This document shows positions 37,850 through 52,933 of a DNA stretch of 64,000 bases, piece by piece; position 1 is the first letter of the stretch, and every line of letters starts with the position of its first letter. Below the pieces are notes generated by a model. The model was not told the origin of the DNA. It did no database searches and saw only the letters and a list, made by a program, of their open reading frames with translations. This DNA is from Epiperipatus broadwayi. Its lineage: Eukaryota; Animalia; Onychophora. A program made the translations under genes and the position numbers. The stretch is from the NCBI GenBank assembly GCA_028023455.1, contig JAQFVV010000009.1, positions 7,254,001 through 7,318,000 on the forward strand, written 5' to 3'.

Positions 37850-40800
37850 TAGAAGAATTAAATATAAATAAATTATCAAAATGCCTGCTTTACATCAATT
37901 ATATTGAAAAATGCTATTTAATGAACAAAATCAAGAATAATAAAATTAACATCTCCATCTTTTTATTAAAAAAAACTTATCTGATCAAAACTTAATACAA
38001 ATAGCTAATCATTTACACAAACTGACTAAACCCAAGGAATTTCAATATACAATGATAATTGAAAAACTTAAGTATTTAACTCAACATTTATGAGACATAT
38101 TGCATGCCTTCATTTTCAAAATCACTGTCAAAACCGGAAGAAAAAATAATTTCTAAGTTTATTTCAGAACTTTTTTTTTTTTTTGCTAAAAGATTGTGCC
38201 ATAGCACAAATTTTTGAAGGAGATTCTTCTGTAGTTTCTATAATGAATGGTCAGTATCAAGTTATAACAACAGTTGACAATTTAATATACTGCATAGCGA
38301 TCAAAATGGCGTAAACCTATGAACATTGCTGGACCATTCAGGAAAATTTTAGATGTAGGCGTTGCCTGATTTGCAATAAACAGAACGTATAGCAACTGAA
38401 ACATTATTCAGAAAATGAAATGACAAATGTTAGAAAAAAATTAAATCTGCTGCTGGGGAAATTGGTTTATAAAGCTATTTGAAAATATAAAAATCATAGC
38501 TGTAGAACTTGAAAAATCATAGGATAGCAAAGCTGTGTAAAAATAACCAAAATTATGGGGGAAATCCTTAACTAGCACAGCCAGCAAAGAAAAATAATCT
38601 TAAGATACACATTAAAAATATGGGGATTATACATATCAAATAATACTGTCAGAATCTTTGATCAAATGATTTAAGTGCTAATTGACAAATCATTGATAAC
38701 ATAGAATGATTGAAGATTACTTATGCAAACTTATACAAATCTATTAAATTAGGAAAAAATATTAATGATTATCATATTAGAATAAGTGAAAAGATTATAA
38801 TCCATATTAATATTAATGGGAAAATTACTTGCTGCCATTGTATATTATCTAAAGCAGCACAAAACTTTATTGGTAGAGATTGGATTATGAAGCTTGTTAA
38901 GATCTCTATAGTCAAGAAAATTATGCTTAAAAAAAGATGAATATCCTTTCTAATATTTTTCAAAAAATTGGGAGAAATTAGGACAACTCTAGTAGGACTG
39001 CAATTGAAAGAAAATGATAAATCAATAGTGTGTAAACCACAGAAATGTGCATAAGCACAATGTACAAAACTTGAGACCACATTGGAAGATCTTATCAACA
39101 AAGAGTACTAACATCCAATGAGAATTTGGAATGGTCTATCCTTAATATTAATAATATTGAAGTCAGATGAGAATATGTATATTTATGGAGATTACTGCAT
39201 GACAGTCAGCTAAGTACTAAATAGAAATGATTTCTAGCACCAAATGTGAAAAGTATTGGCCATGCTTGAAAAGAATATATGTTGGGCAAAATTAGATTTT
39301 AAAAACATTTCATCAAATGTTTGTCATTGAAATTGAAAAGAAATTCTAATCTGACTAACCATTGGTTCTATTTATGTGTAATTGGTTACCATGTGCTATC
39401 ACTATTATATAAAACATTTTTGAATAAAAGATGGACCAATTTCAAGTAATGGGTGACATTGTTCCATATTTTGAAGATATCTTTATAATGTTAAATTTAA
39501 AATTAAATCTACAGAAACTTGCAGAAATTTATATCAGTTTAAATGCAGAAAAAATGCATTTGGAATACTTCAGAAATTGCTGGGCATCTAAATGCCATTA
39601 ATGAAAAAAAACTTTTACTCAAAAATCTTATGCTATTAAAAATGCAAAAAGACTTGGAAATATCAAAGAAATATAATTCTTCTTGGTTTTGTTCTTTTGG
39701 CTATTTCAAATTTTTTCTCAGGGGAAAAGCTAATGTTGCTCAAACCATTATACAAGTTGCTTGGGAAAAATCAGATGTGGATTAGAATCGAAATCATGAA
39801 AATATGTTCATCAAAACCAAAAGTTTACTAACATTTGTACTAATTCATTATAATAAACAAATTTTAATATTAATCACTAGATGCATCCAAATATGAGATT
39901 GGAGTGATTGTAAGTCATTCTACTGGCAAAAGTTAGTGACTCTTTATATATGTATTGAGAAGTTTGTCAAGAGTACCACTTAACTATAGTTAACTAATCA
40001 AAAATTTTAGTGGTCATTTTTGTTATTAAAAAGTTCCACTAACTATAACAGAATATAAATCAATACTGAGATTTTTTTCAAAATCAGAACAGTAACCCAA
40101 CTATTTGAATTATAGTTGGTTGATATTTTATTTGGATATAACACACTTGAGTATAGAAAGGAAAATTTTATAACATATGCCAATGCATTAACATGCTATG
40201 TAAAAATGAAAATATATCAGCGGCACAAGTCTCCATTAATTTTCAGCAGTATAACAATGACTAAATACATGTCAGCAGATCACATACACAAATTCTTGAT
40301 AGGAAAGGTCTACTAAAAGGCCAAATATCCTTCCATCGCTATTTTGAAAAGTAAATGTTTAAATACCAATAAATAAGAAATCTCATGAATAAGAATGCTC
40401 ATTCCCTTCCAAGATTGAATGAAGTATTGATGAAATTGATCTATGGGAAACATCCAAGATATGTGTGAGCAAAAAGTTTTTCATGCTTCTCTACACGATA
40501 GTCAATGATAAGAAACATTAAAATACTGTTAAATCAAGTGTTTAAGTGCAAATTAGAAATCAAGGACACACATTTCTTGTTGTGATCAAGTTATATTCAA
40601 AGTGTAAAATCCCAGGACTGGGAAAATAATCTACTTAAAGAGATTTTTCTTCTCCATGCAGTCCCAGGTCAGGGTCTCAGATAATGGCTCAGATTTTATA
40701 TCATAAAAATTTGATTTTATTTGCCAGTGAAGAATAACGTATATTTCTACTACAATATATTTATCAGAAATTAAATGAGCTAGTTGAGAAATCTAGGCAT

Positions 40801-40870
40801 CAGCTCATCATTATGGCATCAATGTAATACCTCCATTGTATTAATCAATATCTCACCAGCTAAAAGATTA
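37850..40870 (+). mobile_element. Decayed Gypsy LTR retrotransposon (gag-RT-RNase H-integrase remnants)
   Basis: LIILKSDENMYIYGDYCMTV (~39140-39210, RT W.TP...K.DG.iRicGDY region), SLDASKYEIGVIVSH (~39875, RNase H) and ANALT (~40180). Confidence 0.85.
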
Positions 40871-40899
40871 CCAAGACAAAAAGAACCTAACTATCATCG

Positions 40900-43800
40900 G
40901 TACTGCACTGCCTGCACAATATTTATGATTATATAAATAAAGTTTATAATGCGATCTGTATAATATGTACAGACAATCTCCCCAAAAAGTAGAATACTCT
41001 AGAAAACTTTATTTTTAAAAGAAATTAAATACTAATTCTGAAAATTAATGTAACTAGTAAAAACACAAACTAAGAAACTGTTAATAACAAACTGGTAATA
41101 TGTAAATTGAAAGCAATTGCATAACTAGCAAGCAATAGAGAACTATCTAGTTAATAATGGTAAGACATATTTTGAAAGGAGAAATGACAGTGCTCCAATA
41201 AAATTTAGCTGTATACATAATTGCATTAATGGTGAACAATTAATAGCTAATGATATTTTTTTATAGACTTTAAAATATAAGTGGTAAAGCAAATCTCAAT
41301 TAATGAACTATATATATATACCTATATATTCCCAGTGTGTGGAAGTATTTTCCACACGAGCATTCAATTGTTCTACCAAAGCTGAGGGATAATTCTTGTT
41401 ATTTAATTTACTTGTTTATAAACAGTCTTCAGCATAGACAAATAAACTTGCTGAAATAGATAAAAGTCTTTTGTATGATTTATTTTATTATTATTACTGA
41501 CACAGCTGGGATTATAGATCTCATCATGTACACAGTAGTGGTCACAATTAAAAGCTTATAAAGAATGTGTGCAAACGTAATAGGTGACACAGTTAAGAAG
41601 AACATGCTAGTATAGTGATGGCAATCCTGACTAAAAATTTTCGAGAGTGGTATTAACAATCCAACATCATGGGATATATGTATTGAGCTATTGTTATATA
41701 TGAATATATAAAATAGAGGATGATAGAGTTAAAATTTTTACCCTGTTTGTTCTTTGCCAATAGTGATATTTTGCAGATAATGAAACAAATTTTGTGACCA
41801 AATATCCCAGAGGACATCCCATATAAAGAATTAGTAAAAATTCTTAGTGTATATTTTCAGCTAGCAGTGACAAAATGAATGGCTTGTTTACATTTCAGGA
41901 TGAGGAAGTAATTATCTCGTGCATATTATCAAGATTATAACTTAGCATTAAAGACATAAAATTGATTATAATTAAGTAGGGATGTGTGTTTAAAGAGAAG
42001 GAGGTGAAAATATATAGGATGAAAAAAAAAAAAGGGAAAAACAGTGACAAATGAATAGGAAAATTCGAAAGCATAAGTTATACAAATTTAAAATGAAGAA
42101 ATGCCATATTTATAATATTATAGGCCATTTAGCTCAAGTTTGCAAAAACAAATATGAACATCACATGATCAATACTGTAAGGAAAGTTTTGCCTGTTTTA
42201 AGAACAAATATAATAATATAAAAGCCAAATTGTGCCTGGACTTTAAATCAAGAGAAGGTGGAAATAATACAAATATAGAAATAAAGGTGTTAAATGACTC
42301 AGATAATGGCTGAATTACACTGGACATTACTGTTTGCAATAATAATGTAAATATGGAAAGTTGACAGTGACACCGGACTATCTATTTTATCCCTGAGTTA
42401 TGCTAAATGTAAAAATAGAGGGTAGGTTGTAAAAAGTATGTACTGGTCATAGATGTGAATGAAAACAAAATTTACATTCGTGGAAAAGTATCAGTTCCAG
42501 TGAAAATTAACAAATTGTAAGTATTATTACTATTTATGGTGAAAAGAAACATTGTTCATTCAAAATTGATTAAGATCTTCGGGAATTTATATTCAGAAAA
42601 AGAAAAAAGATAATTTATAAGAGCATTGTAAATCAGGGAGAGGAGTCTGGTTCAGCAAGCTTGCACCTATTGTGGGGAAATGGAAATTTAAAACCTAGAT
42701 AGTAAAAACTGTAGTAAGTGTAAATCTGCAACTGATTTACCAAAAAAAAAAACTTTCAAACCATGAATAGAAGCTAAAAATCCATGGCAACACATTCATA
42801 TTAGTGGATTCTTACTCCTGATGGGTGGCTATCCCAAAATCCTTGTGTCTGTTAATGGAATAGGATTTATTTCTGCTAATTTAAAAAGTCTTTATCAGAG
42901 AAAGGGAAACATCACATTTTGATCCCACTGTATCATCTAGTATTCAAAGGAATCACTGAAAAGGCAATGCAAAGTTTAAAATCTGATTTAAAGACAATCA
43001 AGGTTAAAGATATGCAGGATGCGCTGGTAGAAGTTATGTTCTATCAATATTTTACTCTGAGTGCCTTTAGCAGTAAAACATCTGCAAAGTTATTATTTAG
43101 ACAAAAATGTCATATACACTCATTACCAAAACTGTTATCACTTAAAAAGGGAACAGAAAGAAATATATCAGATGAAGAAATTTATAAAATGAACTTCACA
43201 AAATTTCAGGTTGGCAAGTATGGGTTAGACAACTGATAAAAAAAAGAAATGTCTTCCAAGTATTGTTGAGATACAATCTAGTGTAATTAGAATCATCAAA
43301 CTGGAAAATGGTTTACTTATGAGGTGACATTTAAACCACCTATGTGAGCATTTCTCTGATATGTCAAATATGACTAGAAGTTAATCTACAGTAGCCAATC
43401 CCAACTCAGAACCTAAAATAAGTGAAGAGTACTGTGATTCTTCCTCAATTGAGCAAAGCAAGGAACCACCTCTTGAGAAAGATATTGAAGTGGTTGTTAG
43501 ACTGAATGAAGATATTGAGATCTAAGTGATGGTAATTGATCATCAAGATTTGAAGAACCAACAGATTTAAATAGAGAATAAGACTTAAGAAGAAATATAT
43601 CTACTCCCAGTTACCAAAGGAATTGCAGAAAATCAGAAAAGCTCAAAGACTTCTAGAATGAAGGAGAGATGCATTGTCTGTACAAGTATTTATGATTACG
43701 TGAATAAAGTTTATTAAGCGATCTGGTAATATGTACAGATAGTACTTTGTATTGTTTTCTCCCCGAAAAGTAGAACAGTACAGAAAACTTTATTGTTTAA

Positions 43801-44060
43801 AGAAATTGAATATTAATTATGCAAATTAGCATAGCTAATAAAAAGATAAACTGAGAGAACTTCAATAGCAAGCTTGTAGTATGTAAATTGAAGGCAATTT
43901 TATAACTAGCAAGCAGAAGAGAGTTGTCAAGTTAATAATAAGGAATTTCTCAAAAGGGGAAATGACTGTACTTAAGTTAAAGCAGTGGTGAATAACTAAA
44001 TGTTAAGGATACTCATGTATAGTCTTTAAAATATAAGAGTTAAAGGAACTATATATATAT
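40900..44060 (+). mobile_element. Internally deleted Gypsy element with diverged LTR pair
   Basis: Similar blocks at ~40905-41310 and ~43669-44060, the latter preceded by the PPT-like aatgaaggagaga. Gag zinc knuckle KCHIYNIIGHLAQVCK (~42100-42150), protease-like KVDSDTG (~42360), integrase NPWQHIHIS (~42780). No RT was seen. Confidence 0.8.
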
Positions 44061-47000
44061 ATAGGATATATATATACAGGATAGAGTATCAATGAGGTCG
44101 AACTTGGGGAAATGGAACATCTTCCCCAAAATATAATAAGTAATTCAAGTAAAGAAATAATAAAATAAGATAATGATATTAAAGTATATATTAAAGTAAG
44201 AGATATTGAAGTAATGTTTAATATCACAATATATAAGTAATTTTATATATTAAAGAGAGCATGAGATCTCATTGAGAGATCAGCCCAGTTAAGATTCTTA
44301 GAGTGTCTATGCTTAACCATAAGTCCACCAGCATTATAAAGTAAAAATCATCCCATCATCATAAATGATCATCAATAAAAAATAAATCAACAGTCAATCT
44401 GGTGACTGGATTTGAAATGGGGCTCCTGTACACCAGGCTAACTATTGAACCATTGCCAGCTGGGGCAATTATTTAGACATTAATTTGGATGCATCAACTT
44501 AAGTGCTAATCCATTTGGATATATAATAAAAAAATAATGCTGGGATATTAAAACATGCTGATCATCATCAATGCTTTAGCCACTTAGTACCTTAATATAC
44601 TGACCAACTATAAACTTAATTTCTAATAGAGACTAAACTAAAATAAAATGTAGTACAGGGGCTTTAAAGAATATACTCTTATCACCAACCAGGGTATCTG
44701 GATGCCCCTAAACTCTTATCTACTTCCCCTTTTATATATCAACCATTATGCACAAGTGCTCTGTAACTGTATTGTGACCAAGAGACTATGCAATATAATA
44801 ATCTAAAAAAACCATTTAGAATTAAGTTCACTGGAATAATTTTTATAATGAAATACAAGTTTATTAATAAAAAAAAAAATGATATTAAGGTCACTGGAAT
44901 TCGGCTATACACATATCAATTAAGCATTCTGATTTTGAGTAATATACAATTAAAAAAAAAAACTATCACATTGTGATTTACATGATTAATGGATTTACAT
45001 ACAACACATTTATAGATATGTGCATAGACATGCATTTTATATGTAATGAATACATCTAAATTGACATTTAATAAAATTTAAAAAATGATTAAATTTTACA
45101 TGTGTTTACTTGTCCCTCATTGACATACACAGACATGTGGCTAATAATTTCTGAACATACTAGAATTGTCATAGAATAAAATCTTAGTTATCATTTAATT
45201 AATATGAATACTTCAATTTAGGTTTACTTCAACATATATATATATATATCATCTGTGCACCTATAATAATTGACTAACATATAAACGAAATCCATCTTCT
45301 ATCCTATTTTAATTTATCAAAATAATAAAATTATTAAAAACATTTTTCATAGTTAGTTCTATTTAAAAACTATACAAAATATCGCATATACTTGTGTATA
45401 TAAAAAAAGTATAAATCAGGCATCAAATTCTCTCTTTACTGATTATAGTTTTTCTTTTCTTCTTTTTAAAAAGAAAGCCAATTTTTGACAGGTCATTTTT
45501 TGATTGTTGATTAATTAATTATCAACATCTTAAAATGTCTTTTTTTTTTTTACTTAAAATAAGATTGTTAATGAATCCATCATTTCATTCAAGCAAAATT
45601 TCATTTACTTGCTTGCTTTTTAATATATAAAATCGTCATGAATTAACTCCTTTATTCTTATTTTTAATCCAAGACAAATACTTGACCTTTAAGTTATATT
45701 TTTAAATGTCAGTTTTAGAGAATTACTAAAACAATTTCTTTAAAAATATATATTTCAAATCATCTATGAATTGATTTTTTCTTTTAGATGTTTGACTGAA
45801 GCAAATTATTTATTTGTTTTATTTTAAGTTATAGGTTAAAATGTAATTTTAAGGAATTATAAAAAAAAAAAAACTACTCACTTTATATAAATATGCATAT
45901 CTGTGCTTCTCTGCATACATAGATAAACATCCAGATCTACAATGACTTCTTCATCAACTGATGGGATTCTCGTGGTGAGACTGGTTTATAGTCCTCATAG
46001 AAATAGGTAGTCCCGTTAGCCTGCAGTGATTTCCCTTCTGTCTAAGATTGTTCCAGGCAAGCAGCTGTCTTGTCCACATTTATAGCTATAAAACACTTGA
46101 AGTTGACCCTTTTCTCCTTGTGAGTTCAAACTCCACCATCGTGAACTGTAGAGCAGCTTTTTGATTTGCCTTCCTTGCAGTCTTATATCTTCATGGTAGT
46201 TTTCTGTCCTGATCTGGACTACTGCTAGCTAGTTACTTATGGCCAGATATAATTACTGCCAACTGCTTTTCAAAATATTATTAGCCAACTTTTACAAAAA
46301 ACTACCAGCCAATTACTCTAATATTTTTATTGACTATTTTTATAATAGATTGGAGTGACAAAAATACATTTAATTAAAAACAGTGTTTTTTCTTATCTTT
46401 TCAGAAAAATCATTAATTCTTCAAAAGCATCTTTGAAAGTTTATCATTATCAGTATATCTTAACTAATTCGTTATTATGCGCGAACAAAGCGCTATAGAA
46501 TTTTTGAATTTGCAATATCCGGTTTCAGTTTAGAATTGTGAGAAAACTACGCATGCACATTTTATATCTTCAGATTCGTCTTTTTCTTAAGTTTCAGAAA
46601 ATGTAAGTTCTATTTTTCTATCATAAAAATTGACAATTTTATGATAATTTTTGTGATGAAGTAAATTGATTTTTTTGTCTTTCTCCCATTTTTTTGGTAC
46701 TTAATGGAAAAATATTTGCCGTTAAAATTACATCAGAAAAAATACAATTTTTGACCGATGTAATTAAAAGACAACGTTATAAGGGCTCGATGGTAATTAT
46801 TTTTATATATATTTTTACTTATTATTTTATTTTTATATATTTTTTACTTACTATTTTTATTTGACTTAATCGTATTACTATTTTTATATATTTTTTAATT
46901 ATTTGAATTTATATTTGATAAAAAATAACTCATGATTGTGTAAATTTATATTGCGAATTATCTGCATTTTTTGATATGATGTGGATTTGGGTCCTGTATT

Positions 47001-47169
47001 TGAATTAGATGTTATGAGCTAAAGATAAACATATTTTGTAAATATGACTCAATTTAGATTTTTCTATAATGTCTTGTCTGCATTTTAATAATAATAAAAA
47101 TATGCAAATGCTAAAAGTAAAGATTTTGACAGTATATATATATATAAGCTTAGGCCGATGCAATGTAAA

Positions 47170-47290
47170 TTTTAAAACTGCATATCAAATGCCAAGAGAA
47201 GTGGCAGTTGATGAAGTTATTGTTAAATTTATGGTTATAGTAGCATGAAGCAATATGAGCCCTCAAAACCTATAAAGATAGGATAAATAA
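47170..47290 (+). mobile_element. piggyBac transposase fragment
   Basis: AYQMPREVAVDEVIVKF / SSMKQYEPSKPIKIG matches the piggyBac VDE..vkFkGRss.KQY.PsKPiK.G motif. Confidence 0.8.
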
Positions 47291-48419
47291 TACTACATCA
47301 CACTGACTCTAAACTACTAACTTATGTACCCCAAGCTTAACTCTATAATGAATTTAGTATTTCATTCACTTTTTATTTTATTTTATTATTGTATTTTGTA
47401 TATAGTGACTATTTTAGTAGTACCATACTCTTTAATAAATTACAAACTATTAAAGTTCTTTATTATAATATTCAAATTTATATTAATTATTGATCAATAT
47501 TAACTACTTGTTATTAGGGATGACATATTCATTGTAAACTCCTGTATGAAATACATTTTGAAGGGCTACTAGGAAAAATGAAAGGTACTAATGTCTTTAT
47601 TCTACCAAGTTTTCAAGTGATGGATTACCTTAGGTAAGTGTTATTATATATCAATTTTTTAGAAATTTTATGGTAAGTGTTTTTATATATCAATTTTTTA
47701 GAAATTTTATGATGAATCCAACTAATCTACTAAAAAAAATTTAATTTTAAGTTGTATGCATGATAATTTTGAATTTATGAAATAATATGAAAATAATTAT
47801 TAGAAATATTAACTTTTATTTTTTTTTTATTACTTTGAATATCAATGACTATATTTTAATATGAAAATAATTATTAGAAATATTAACTTTTATTCTTTTT
47901 TTTATTACTTTGAATATCAATGACTATATTTTTTTCAGCTTCATTACATTCTTTTATGTTTCTTATTTCAAATAATATATATTATGTCATTTTTGAGTAA
48001 TACAGACATATATTATGATAAAATTTGTGACTTAACATAATTTTTTAAATATTCAATATGGCTGCTTCACCAGTGAAACAGTTAAAACAAAAATCTCCAA
48101 AGTAGATAATAGAATTTTGTTCAAAAAATCCATACAAGCATTAATTAAAAGGTTTCAAAATAGATAATAGAAATTTTTATAATTATCAGTTTAACATGCT
48201 TGTTTTTCATTTCAAAATCAGAATTAAATAAAAATATTTATCAGACCTTTTTAAATGTTTATTTATAACAAAATTTTATTTTAAATCCAAAATTATTTAA
48301 CCCTTTGCAGTTATTATTATTCCAGGAAGAAATTTTTGTCTGTGTTTATTTCTACTTCTCCTTTCAACTTTATATATATATTTGTGCATACACATAACTG
48401 TTGTTGTATGCCATGTAAC

Positions 48420-48690
48420 CTCAACAGTTACAATATATTCAGTGTATAGAAGTAAAGTATTTTCCACATACAAACTTATTCAATTGTTGTCCAAAGTTGA
48501 AGAATAATTCTTAATATAGTTCTTGTTATTTAGTTTATTCATTTATTAAAAGGTTTCAACATAGAGAAATAAACTTTTTGAAATACATAAAAGTCTTTTG
48601 TGTGATTTATTTTATTTTTGTTAGTGATATAGCTGTGATTATAGTTTCCCTTAATGTACACAGCAGGTACATCAATGAGATAATGTAACA
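48420..48690 (+). repeat. Diverged copy of the 41320-41560 Gypsy LTR-associated sequence
   Basis: Shared blocks gtattttccacac/t, attcaattgtt..ccaaag.tga, aaagtcttttgt.tgattt and atgtacacag. Confidence 0.6.
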
Positions 48691-51600
48691 GAAAATACAA
48701 AGATAAAATGTAATGGTTTCTCAGTGGTAAAAGATATTTGGGTTGAAGATTTTTAAAAGAAGATGTGTGTTCAAGTGTAATAAAAATTACAGTCACACTA
48801 AGTTCTATTAAGACAAATTGTGATTGTTTGAACAGAACAAGAATAGAGTTTCATTATTACATTAACACGTCTGAGAGCATATAATAAATGACATTCAAAT
48901 TGTCTTCCAGGTTAAGAATAACTGAAGAACTGTTGGAAGGAAATAATAGAGCAAGAAATTTTAGAAATCGAGGATATAGATAAATTAGAGTTGGAAGCTT
49001 TTAAAGAAACAAAACTTTGATGATTACATTGTTTATTTTAAGAGCCAATATAATTATTTACACATACTTAAATTATAATATACTTAAGTTGTATCATGTT
49101 AATTTATTAGCAAAAATAACTATATATATATATATTATACATATTTAAAGATATATTAAATAATGCATAGATTATAAATTTAGTATAAGGATTTAACAAT
49201 GCAAAATTAATTTATTACATTTGATAAGAACTAATTAGCTCTGCAATTAATAAATCAAAAGGAAGAAAAAAATTGTGTTAATATATTTATTGACCTTAGA
49301 AGAAGTAATAGTAATAATTACTGTGTTATTAATAAATTCCATAGAACAATAGAGATAAACAATGTACAAACACAGCAACAAACGAGCCAGTCTCTTCTAG
49401 TCAGATACAGAATCATTTACTAAAGCAGCAGTAAGAAAGATTAAATGCTAAAAAAGAAGTTGAGCAGAGATTTTCTGGAAGAAGTCTTGCTTCTCAGTGC
49501 AGTCCATGGATTTAAAATGAGTCTAAGGTTTAAAACAGGTCATTCTGACCATGTTATTGTAAATCTTGATGGCTCCATTTTAAAAAACTGTAAATGAATT
49601 TACATCTAGATATATTGTATAAGGATATAATCTCTTTACCACTTGTAAATATATTAATAAATAATCAAAAAACTTTATTATTTGGAATGTATAACAAGTC
49701 TGCGCTCCCAAATGACAGAACTGTGCACAATCTACTCCAGTCATGTGGGACAATATATTAATTAATACTGATATATATATATAAGTTAATATTTTCATTA
49801 TTGATTGTAAATAAATGATTATAGCAGTAATTTCCAGTTTAATATATTATTTATTACATATACATTAGATCTGCATTCTAGTCACTCTTAACTATATTAT
49901 TCACAGTAGAATAAGAACATAGTGTATGTAAACTAATTAAAATAAAATTTATTTTTCATTAATTTTTAATTTTTTATTCAATATTTTTTTTAATCATGGA
50001 TAATGAAACTGTAATGGAATATTTAAATGTAAATCAACTTTTATTAATTATAATGAATATTCTGCATATTCTATGTGTTAAATCTGAATGTGAAAAATCT
50101 TTAATTAGTAACCAAAACTAGAATATCTTATTTATTTTTGCAACAAAACTAAAAAAAAAAATCATCTCCATAAATTTTACTCATAAAGGAGAGTATTTTA
50201 AGAAAATGTTTGATATAGTTTTTGCCAGCTATATTTCACATATGATATAGATAATCATTAAAAATATGTAAGACAATCAAGAGTAATTGAATTTATTTGA
50301 AGTTTTGCAATCTAATTATTTATAATGTACATCATTCGAAACACAAACTTAATTATAAGAAAAAATTAGTTAACAGATTATAATTGAGTATAAAAAGCAA
50401 AACAGGACCATTTTTTTATCCACAAAAGAAATGCACAACAGTATTTTAACTACTGAAATCATTCTGTGATTATATTGGGATGTGCTTCTAACTAGTGATA
50501 GATATAGATAACCTGTTAAAGATATTCTGCCATTTTTTGCTGTAGCTATTGGGAAGCAGAAAAAAAAAAATTTCCAAACTTTTTTGAAGTCCACTTAGAA
50601 AAAAATGCAAACAGTATACTGAGAATATCATTAAAAAAAAAATTAACTACTACTTGATATTTTCTAAAATGGTTTTCATATTCTGATGGTAATAAGTTAT
50701 CATTGAAATCCAGTCTTCACTAATATACAATTTGTAATTAAGATGGTCCAAATTTTTCCAATGTCAATTCAGGACAATTTCAAGTTTTCCAAAGTAATAT
50801 TTAAATTGCTGCAATACGAAAATAAAAACAACTGCAATAATAAAATAGTTTTATTAAATCATAATTCATTTAGTAATGGAACTAAAATAAAATGGCATTG
50901 CATATATGGAATATGAAACTTTAACACTGTCTGGATGACAAAAACTTCAGTTTTAAATAGTGCAGTCTGTACAGAGAATTCATATTTTAAAAGTAAATGA
51001 AAAAAAACAACAACTTGATAATATCCACACAAAAGAGAATACAAATAACCTACCGATTAGCATCATTCACAATGAAAGAATTAAACTCACTTTTACAATA
51101 GTTGAATATATATATTAGGTTATTTATATAATGATTCAACATTACTGGCAAAAAAAATTGAAATTGTGAACACAAAAATTCATATAAATTATGCGAACAT
51201 AATATCATTTTTGCAAATTAAAATAGTTGTATATATGCATCACAAATTCATATCAACTATTTACAAAATCCAGGATGGGTTACAGAATTCAGGACATATG
51301 CTCATTTTTTGCATAGACCATTTTTCCAAAATAAGCAAAATATTTAGATGAATTCAGTATAAGAATTTTGATTTTTTTTTTACACAAATCAGATTAATTT
51401 TGTATTAGCTATGCAATTCTTCATTTTCCAACTGCTAATTATTATTTTATTTATTACAAAAATTTTCCAGTAGAATATATAAGTTTATATTGAGAAAACC
51501 AATCATTCCATTTTATCTAAATTCCTAAAATTTTTGAGATTATCACATTCTTCATTACTATTTATGCTTGCTTATTTATTACTTATAATACCTACTTTTT

Positions 51601-52462
51601 TTTTTCTAAATAGGAGATAGCACTGTATGTAGTATTGTTGTAGATTAATTATTATTTCATTATAAAATACTTGGGGTTCATATTTTCATTTCTCTCTGAG
51701 AAGTCTTTTTAATAGATTAAGCTTTTTTACTTGATTTGACACATTGATGCACATTAAATCATATAAAAATCATCTATAACATACTTTTTTTGCAAATGCT
51801 AAATTTATTATTAAGTAATTTTTTATGGCCTGTAACTCTATATATTACAACTTTTTTTATATTTTGGTCAACAGATCAAAATCTTTGATTTTTGTTCTAT
51901 TAATTAAAAGTAAAAATGTAAGCTAATAAAATTCTCATTCATTACATATCTCAAAAGCAAACCATTATCATTAGATTCTTATAAAATATTGGCTTAATTT
52001 CTTTTTTATTCAGCATATTAAAAAACTTACATAAATAATTATTTAAAGTGGTAAAAAAAATATCCATGTATTTAAAATGTTTATTTAAATAAAATATATT
52101 TTACTATCGAAATAATACCAACTTTTTAAAAATGTATATAAAATTAATTCAAAAGAAAGACAAAAATGACTATGGTAAACTTTTGACTGTGATAAATCTG
52201 TATAGAAATATTAGTAAAAATTCTAAAATAGTTTACATATATATTTTATTCTTGCTAAGTGGTATTGTTGAGTGTAGAATTAAACTGTTTTTATATTACA
52301 ATAACATTATTGTTAGGGATAAAATGGTGTTTTTAAAAATATTAAATTAGAGAATACCTTAATGTTAACTAAAAGATTTTATATTTGTTTTTATAACTAA
52401 TAATAAAATTACATTTTAGATTTTTTTTAAAAATATTTTTGAAAATTTTATTTATTTTCCAG

Positions 52463-52501
52463 ATAGAAATGATGATTCTTTAGATGAAAATGATAATTGT
52501 G
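52463..52501 (+). CDS. Candidate host exon (D)RNDDSLDENDNC
   Basis: ttttccag| acceptor and |gtaaga donor; 39 nt, phase 1/1, compatible with the 36610 donor. Confidence 0.65.
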
Positions 52502-52889
52502 GTAAGAAATATATATATTGAATTAAATGTTTCTATGGATTTTATTATAATAATGAATAGAAATGATGAGATATTATCCATTAAATAGAGATAAACTTTA
52601 ATCTTTGATGTTATCAAGAAATTATCAATTACTACTAATTGATAATTCCTGAGGCTAAGCAAGTTTTTTTCATAAACTTCATAAAGAGGTATTATAGGTT
52701 TATAATAAACACTTGCCTAGTCTCAGGAATTTTCAGTTAGTAATAATTCTAATATTTAAATTTAAGTATATTGATAATTTCTTGTAATATTTGAATAATA
52801 CAGGCATTCTTCATATACCTGGAGCTTAATTGTGAATGTAGGGGATTTAAACACAGACTTTCAAGAATCCCTCAACTATCCACACTATC

Positions 52890-52933
52890 ACCAATATACA
52901 TATTTTATGCTCAATCAGCACTCATCAGTTGGT
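52890..52933 (-). ncRNA. Hammerhead, family 2, left arm (core mutated)
   Basis: accaa-CTGATGA-GTGCTG att GAGCAT-AAAA-TATGTA-TA-ttggt. Confidence 0.7.
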
